A stretch of DNA of 63,970 nucleotides, counting the filler, from Craspedostauros australis (Eukaryota): assembly GCA_030167865.1 (NCBI GenBank). It is 4 parts of 4 records of this genome, joined end to end, with 100 filler letters (N's around TTAATTAATTAA, not from the genome) between each part and the next. Parts side by side here need not be neighbours in the genome. Positions count along the whole stretch, not along the records: positions 40,249 to 62,075 come from JALAGF010003880.1; positions 62,176 to 63,970 come from JALAGF010003884.1; 2 more parts are not named here. One strand, given 5' to 3'. A model generated the notes under the pieces. That model was not told where the DNA came from and did not search any database. It worked only from the letters and a program-made list of their open reading frames with translations. The position numbers were made by a program, and so were the translations under genes. Numbering within the stretch: the first letter of the stretch is position 1; the number at the start of each line of letters is the position of its first letter. Below are positions 57,060-63,970 of this stretch, piece after piece.

Positions 57060-58563
57060 AATCGCCAACCAATACAGAAGATCGCAGTCATCGGTGGTGG
57101 CATCGCCGGTCTCTCCTTGGCGCATGCCTTCGACAACAACAACGGCAACGATGCACACAACATTGATGTGACATGCTTCGATGCGAGACCAGAATTGGAC
57201 GTCGTCGCAGGTGCGGGTGCGCAGCTCAACGGCGGCATGGCGGTCTCTCCGTCCCTGCAGCGTGCGGTGGCTGATGCCACGGTGCCGTTGACGACCGTGC
57301 GATCCAAGACCACCAACTGGATCTCATCCAACGAAGAGGTCCAGCTGCTGCACTTCAATCTCAGACAGATGATCATGGATGTGGAGTGACACCACGACGA
57401 AGGCGCTGATCCAGGAGGACGGCGAAGTCATGGCGTGCCATGCTCCATCATGCGAGGAGTGTTACAAGAGGTGCTGCTTGAGGAGCTGAAGGCGACGCCC
57501 GTGCATCTCGGCAAGCAGGTGGCGAATGTGGAATATGAAAAGACGGAGGCGCGAGATGCCATTCATCTTGCGTTTGGAGATAGAACGAGAGAAAGGTTGT
57601 ACTGGTACGATATGGTGGTGGGCTGCGATGGTGTCAACAACGTCGTCAAACATCACAAATGGCGATGCGCGGTCGCCATCAGACAATCAACGCAATTCGC
57701 CAGCTGTGAACTCTGGCATCCACCTCCGGTACGCCATCCAGGATGTCGCCAAAGAGGACAGCGATAGTAGCAGCGGCAGCACCAGCGACGACGGAACGAA
57801 CACAATGGCACAAGATTCCGTCCTGCAGCAACATTTTGGCAATGGCGTCTACTGCCTCACTGACAACTACGGTAACGGTATCAAGCGTGACACTATCAGA
57901 GGCTGCTTCATCATCTTCCGCAACGCCTTTCCCTTCTCCAAGCCCGCCGTCAGTAAGGATGATGAGAACGTCGCTTGAAAGGCATCATCCGAGGCCGAGC
58001 GTATCCAACAACAGATGTGACGGCAGATCGACGATGCCAAGATCGCCACGCACACCACAAGGCCCATTATCGATCGACTCATGGACAAGGGCGATCGTTT
58101 CTTCGAGTTGGGGATCTACTTCCACAATCCCTTTGCGCGATGTACGAAGTCGATGATGGCCACCAACGGCAACGGCAACCGCAACTGCAACCGCAATGGA
58201 AGCACCAGCGCAGACAAGGTCGCGGTCCTGACTGTCTGTGGTGATGCGGCGCACGCCATGCAAGACGTCTACTGTCTGGCCAACGTCATTCAGCAGTATA
58301 CCATGCAGTACAATGAACAAGCCAATGGCAGGAACAGCCTCGAAGACATCCTGCAGATAGAATACAAGGACAAGCGATGGTCCACCACCACGGGCATCAC
58401 GGCCAAGGCTGATTGGTCTGCTGGGATACCTGGAGGTCTCGTCGGGACCGTTGGCCAAGTTCCGGGAAGTGTCCTTCTTCATCATGGACAAGATGGGGGT
58501 TGCAAAGAAGACCGTTCTGGGTACTGCCGTTCCGAGGATACGAGAATGTGTGGAGCAGTGTGA
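57060..58563 (+). pseudogene. FAD-dependent monooxygenase pseudogene, copy 1
   Basis: KIAVIGGGIAGLSLA, GAGAQLNGG, IMRGVLQEVL, DMVVGCDGV and GDAAHAM are spread over several frames with stops (e.g. TGA 57387). Confidence 0.85.
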
Positions 58564-58772
58564 AATCGCGATGTAGTGCAGATAGGTTTTGCGGCCGGTT
58601 TTCACTTGGTGTTGATGGACCAGCCATACTCATACGATCTAGACATTCCATACTTCTCACCAACCACAGCACGCAATCACAATCACCCAACCATCTCCCT
58701 TGTTCCATCCCACTCGTACAACAACACACATACACATTCACCAGAGTATCAATACTGTCTTCATGAGACGTT

Positions 58773-60218
58773 CTAATTACTCGACGAGCAAAGTACTCCA
58801 AGCCAATCCAGGATCTTATCAATCGTCGATGTGCCTTTCTTTTCCACACAGCAAGCAGAATCATCATCAACTCGGATGAGCCGATCCGCTCTCTTGTCAT
58901 GCCACGCTTGTTTCAATGTCTCACTGCTCTGCAGCAGAATGTCAAAAGTCTCGCTCGTGGGATCCATTGTACCCATTAGGCCCAGTGCATGCATTGTACC
59001 CCAATGTTTGCTTGTCCTAATCAGCATTTCCCCAAACAGGGCCAGTGGCCGCGAACATGTTGGAAGGGAACACAGCGTTGCTCTCACCTTGTTGCGATGA
59101 TTTGGCCGCAAGATACGTTCAACAAGTGCATCGTACAAATGGACATGTTCGTCAGGCGGGCATGGACAAATGTCGAGATAGGTGAGTTGGGTAGTCTGCT
59201 CCAAGGCTTGCTGAAGTGTTTCCATTTGTGCCGAGAGCGTCTCAGGCGGAACTTCGAACATGCTGGGAGCACCAAAGGCATGGTATGTGAGACATGACAA
59301 GCTCTTGTTTGCCAGGAGCGATATCAATGTGTCGAACCGCGTATCCTGCTCTTGTCGCGATAACCTGTTCCAAATACCGGTAACCCTGAGCATCTTCAGG
59401 TGTGATGCATCTGAAAGGTGTTGGATAATCTGGTCGATTTCTTGTTGTGAACAGATTCGCCGAGTGCTGTGGACCCGGCCGAAATCGATGTTGAGCTTGT
59501 TGATGCGCTTGTTTGACTGGAGTAGCTCTACCAAGCTATCGAAAGTGACACGGGTGTTCACAAAGGATACTTCGGTGATGCTGCAATTGTTTGGAGACAG
59601 CCATCTCCACAAATCAGCGCCCCCATTGGCAAGCTTACAGGTTCCAAACACAACGTATTTGGAGTTTTGGGAGATGTTGAACATGAGCTTGTCACAATCA
59701 ACAAGATCACATGAATCCAAATCCACACGATGTGTCACAAGAGGGACATCGTGGAGCTGCTTCATCTCCACGAAGCATTGAGGTATGCGGATGCCTTCGT
59801 CGAATGAGGATTTGGGTGGGTGTTTGGCAGCCAATCGAAGTACGAAGCGAATCGCTTGCTTGTCTTCTTCTCTGAATTGGTCATTGCTGCGAAATTCCAG
59901 ATTCAGGGTTCCAATACACATCCACCCACAGCCGCTGTAACACCTATTGCTCAGTAGAACATGAGGTGATAAAGCGATGTGCTTGTGCCGCCGCTTCATC
60001 GATTCCAAATCAGCAAAGGTGAATCCTGCTTCGATGGCCATGCCCCAGTGTTCCATCCGCTTGGGTGTGACACTGTAGCATTCAACCTGCTGTCTTGGAT
60101 GACTCTGCACATGGAACACGGTCTTCGGTGACAACTTTTTTCGATGGAGTTGTTTCCAGAAAGTCTTGAAGTCTGGATCATGATGGCTGTTGGTATTGGT
60201 GTTGGTGGCATCGTTCAT
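58773..60218 (-). CDS. LRR/RNI-like hypothetical protein, array copy 2
   Basis: 481-aa paralog of copy 1. Confidence 0.65.
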   Translation of the reverse strand: MNDATNTNTNSHHDPDFKTFWKQLHRKKLSPKTVFHVQSHPRQQVECYSVTPKRMEHWGMAIEAGFTFADLESMKRRHKHIALSPHVLLSNRCYSGCGWMCIGTLNLEFRSNDQFREEDKQAIRFVLRLAAKHPPKSSFDEGIRIPQCFVEMKQLHDVPLVTHRVDLDSCDLVDCDKLMFNISQNSKYVVFGTCKLANGGADLWRWLSPNNCSITEVSFVNTRVTFDSLVELLQSNKRINKLNIDFGRVHSTRRICSQQEIDQIIQHLSDASHLKMLRVTGIWNRLSRQEQDTRFDTLISLLANKSLSCLTYHAFGAPSMFEVPPETLSAQMETLQQALEQTTQLTYLDICPCPPDEHVHLYDALVERILRPNHRNKVRATLCSLPTCSRPLALFGEMLIRTSKHWGTMHALGLMGTMDPTSETFDILLQSSETLKQAWHDKRADRLIRVDDDSACCVEKKGTSTIDKILDWLGVLCSSSN

Positions 60219-61409
60219 CCTTTTCTTGTCGTTGCTGTTGTTACTGCTGGTGATTGTTGCTGTAGGTGGTCGTCCCTGTTGAGGAGTAAAGCAGGTAGAG
60301 CTGATAGAGCAGGCATAGTATGTGGTCCCAAATCAGTTGCGCTTGGATGGCGGTTGTGAGCTCATCTGGTCGGGTTTGCTGTCCTCCATTTCATGATCCT
60401 GTGCATTGATCATGAAGCAACGTGTCGTCAGTCAACACACCTTCATGGACTTGCGCAGTTCCACCACGGTGTGTGGCATGGCATGGTATGCTGTGGTGTA
60501 GTGTGGTGCGGCATGGTACGACTGTGGACAGGTACATCACAACCCGAAGCTGGCTAGCTTGCTCGCACGATACGACCTTCGATGATGCCCAACTTGGCCA
60601 CGCTGTGCAGTTGCGCCTCTTCATGTGATACCATTGTTTGTGTAATATGAGTAGGCACATCCCTCTGTGATGGTCTTGGGGGAGTCAACCACGATACTAC
60701 TCCGATCAATACAGTCCTTCGGCAGTTGGATGTGATCGAACGACTCCGATGGGCAGATCCACGATGTGGAGAATCCATCACGATGACTTCTTCTGTGGAC
60801 ATCGGAGGCGTTTCTCGTGTTTTGTGGAGAGGATGGTGATGATGACGATGGTGACGCCACTCGTGTTTCAATCGACATCAAACGTATCCAGGACTCATCT
60901 CGCCTCACCCGATCAGCACGACCAATAATCAGGAGTGAATGAATCAACAACGAGTCCCGTGACCAACAACGAGCGTGTGAGAAACGATCCATTTCGTGAT
61001 GGCGACGACGATGGCCATGGTGGTGGTGCAGACATCGCCACAGAATACTGATGCAGATCGTCACAACCGCGATGCTCACATGATGATCACCGTTGCCATC
61101 AAGTATCTCTTCAAGGAGCACACAAATACTCTCTCTCTCGTTTCTCTCTGCTTCTTGAGAGCGACTTCGAACAATGCCGGCTGGTTGACTTGGTTCCTCA
61201 CTCATTGATCGCCCAACCACAGAGGCAGCCGCAACCAGAAGGATCACAGCAATGGCATTGTTGATTCAACAAAAGAGGATGATTGGTGCCATCTACATTG
61301 CGTGCATGGTGGCGGCAACGCACTCACTGTCATCACCATCCCCGTCATCCTCACTCCAACGCAGAAGCGAAGCAGCAACAGTAGCAACGGGAATGGAAAT
61401 GGGAATGAG

Positions 61410-62075
61410 AATCACCAACCAATACGGAAGATTGCAGTCATCGGTGGTGGCATCGCCGGTCTCTCCTTGGCGCATGCCTTCGAGAACAACAACATCAACG
61501 ATGCACACAACATTGATGTGACATGCTTCGATGTGACATGATTCGATGCGAGACCAGAATTGGACGTCGTCGCAGGTGCGAGTGTGCAGCTTAACGGTGG
61601 CATGGCGGTGCTGAAACAGATCTCTCCGTCCCTGCAGCGTGCGGTGGCCGATGTCGCGCTGCCGTTGACGACCGTGCGATCCAAGACCACCAATTGGTTC
61701 TCATCCAACAAGGAGTTCCAGCTGCTGCACTTCAATCTCAGACAAATGATCATGGATGTGGGCGGCGACACGACGAAGGCGCTGATCCAAGAGGACGGTG
61801 AAGCCATGGCTCACCATGCTCCATCATGCGAGGAGTGTTGCAGGAGGTGTTGCTGGAGGAGCTGAAGACGACGCCCGTGCATCTCCGCAAGCAGGTGGCG
61901 AATGCGGAACATGAAAAGACGGAGGCGTGACATGCCATTCATCTTGCGTTTGGAGATGGAACGAAGGAAGGCCGGGCTGGTACGATATGGTGGTGGGCTG
62001 TGATGGTGTCAACAGCGTCGTCAAGCAGTACATCAACAACAATGCGCGGTCCCCATCAGACAGCCAACGCAATTC
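61410..62075 (+). pseudogene. FAD-dependent monooxygenase pseudogene, copy 2 (runs into gap)
   Basis: KIAVIGGGIAG and DMVVGCDGV present. A short tandem duplication near 61515-61548 creates a TGA, with further frameshifts. Confidence 0.85.
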
Positions 62076-62175
62076 NNNNNNNNNNNNNNNNNNNNNNNNN
62101 NNNNNNNNNNNNNNNNNNNTTAATTAATTAANNNNNNNNNNNNNNNNNNNNNNNNNNNNNNNNNNNNNNNNNNNN
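62076..62175. other. Assembly gap with TTAATTAATTAA linker
   Basis: N-run plus spacer. Confidence 0.95.
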
Positions 62176-63582
62176 AATCATCGATGTGCCGTTGTTGTCC
62201 ACACAGCAAGCAGAAGCATCATCAACTCGGACGAGCCGATCCGCTCTCTTGTCATCCCACGCCTGTTTCAACGCCTCACTGCCCTGCAGCAGAATGTTGA
62301 AAGTCTCGCTCGTGAGATATATTGTACTCATTAGACCCAGCGCATCCATTGTACTCCGTTTGCTTGTTCTCATCAGCATCTCTCCAAACAGGGCCAGTGG
62401 CCTCGACCATGTCGGAAGGGAACACAGCACTGCTCTCACCTTGTTGCGATGATTTCGCCGCAAGATACGTCCAACAACCGCATTGTACGAATGGACGTGT
62501 TCGCCAGGCGGGCGTGATCGAATGTGGAGATAGGTGAGTTGGGTAGTCTGCTCCAAGGCTTGCTGAAGTGCTTCCATCTGTGCCGAGAGCGTCTCAGGCG
62601 CACCTTTAAACATGCCAGGATTACCATCGACACAGTATGTGAGAGATGACAAGCCCTTGTTTCCCAGGAGCGAGATCAATGCGTCGAACATGATCATCTG
62701 CTTTTGTTGCGATGGCATGTCCCAGCAACAGGAAACCCTGAGCTTCTTCAAGTGTGATGCATCTGAAAGGAGTTTGATGATCTGGTCGATTTCTTGTTGT
62801 GAGTAGATTCGTCGGGCGCCGTAGATCACACCGAAATCGATGTCGAGCTTGTTGATGCGCTTGTTTGACTGGAATAGCTTTGCCAAGCTATCGCAAGTGA
62901 TACAGGTGTCCAAAAAGGAGACTTTGGTGATGCTGCAATTGTTTGGAGACAGCCATCTGCACAGATCAGCGCCCCCATTGGCGATCTTACTGATATGAAA
63001 CATAACGTATTTGGAGTTTTGGGAGATATTGAACATGAGCTTGTCGCAATCAACAAGATCACATGAATGCAAATGCACACGATGTATCACAAGAGGGATA
63101 TCGTGGAGCTGCTTCATCTCCACGAAGCATTGAGGCAAGCGGATACATTGATCGAATGGAGATTTGAATGGGTGTTTGGCAGCCAATCGAAGTCCGAAGC
63201 GAATCGCTTGCTTGTCTTCTTCTCCGAATTGGTCATTGCTGCCGAATTCCAGATTCAGGGATCGAATGCCTATCTGCCCGTAGCCCCTGTGACAACCATC
63301 GCTCAGTAAAATACAAGGCGATAAAGCAACGTGTTTGTGCCGGCGCTCCATCGATTCCAAGTCAGCAAAGGCGAATCCTGCTTCGATGGCCATGTCCCAG
63401 TGTTTCATCTGCTTGGGTGTGACACTGTAGCAGTCGATCTGCCGTCTTGGATGACTCTGCACATTGAACACAGTCTTCGATGACAGCTCTTTTCCATGGA
63501 GCTGTTTCCAGAAAGTCTTGAAGTCTGGATCATGATGGCTGTTGGTATTGGTGTTGGCAACAGCATCCATGTTGTGGTTCAT
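62176..63582 (-). CDS. LRR/RNI-like hypothetical protein, array copy 3 (3' end in gap)
   Basis: ATG at 63582, paralog of copies 1 and 2. Confidence 0.65.
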
Positions 63583-63970
63583 CCTTTTCTTGTTGTCACT
63601 GTTGTCGCTGTTGTCGCTGTTGGTGGTCGTCCCTGTTGGTGGTCGTTGGTGGTACAATCGTACGAGTAGAGCTGGTAGAGTATGTGGTCCCAAATCAGTT
63701 GCGCTTGGATGGCGATTGTGAGCTCATCTGCTCAAGTTTGCTGTCCTCCATCTCATGATCCTGTGCATTGATCACGAAGCAACGTGCCATCAGTGAACAC
63801 GCCTGGATGGACTTGCGCAGTTCCACCACGGTGTATGGTATGGTATGGTGTGGTGTAGTGTGGTAGTAGTATGGTATGATACGACCGTGGACAGCCCATC
63901 ATGATCCGAAGCTGACTAGCTCGTTCGCTCGCTCGCTTGCACGATACGACCTTCGATGATGCCCAACTTG

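Larger units (their letters stand above)
54350..63970. repeat. Tandem segmental array with ~4.3-kb unit (LRR-like gene, conserved spacer, FAD-monooxygenase pseudogene); at least 3 units
   Basis: Units begin near 54350, near 58660, and in or at the gap at 62076-62175. Spacers such as 56040-56610, 60320-60910 and 63680-63970 are near-identical. Confidence 0.9.

Noticed and set aside
1..63970. CRISPR array, rRNA, LTR element
   Set aside because: No repeat-spacer array, rRNA-like sequence, or gag/integrase/LTR pair seen.

Overview
Eukaryotic nuclear DNA, most likely from a diatom (inferred from bipartite plastid-targeting peptides, DUF6824-type genes, a diatom-type LINE and short GT-AG introns). 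It is a scaffold with three 100-nt N-gaps carrying an artificial TTAATTAATTAA linker. From left to right: a BTB protein; a plastid-targeted HxxxD acyltransferase fused to a lipocalin; a plastid-targeted WD40-like protein; a 4-exon secreted M6 metalloprotease with a mucin-like, Lys-rich tail; three tandem CRAL-TRIO-like/DUF6824 paralogs, the third cut by a two-ORF non-LTR retrotransposon; a co-oriented enzyme block (sulfotransferase-like/class-IV aminotransferase fusion, 2OG-Fe(II) oxygenase, two atypical P450s, second fusion copy); two identical tRNA-Ser(AGA) genes bracketing a diatom-family hypothetical, a sterol C14-reductase, an ICMT/PEMT-family gene and a DUF4258-like/vWA/alpha-kinase; and a ~4.3-kb tandem array of LRR-like genes with FAD-monooxygenase pseudogenes. 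Best candidates for something new are the putative biosynthetic cluster at 28.9-42.0 kb and the acyltransferase-lipocalin fusion. All family calls come from motif recognition by eye, not database searches.
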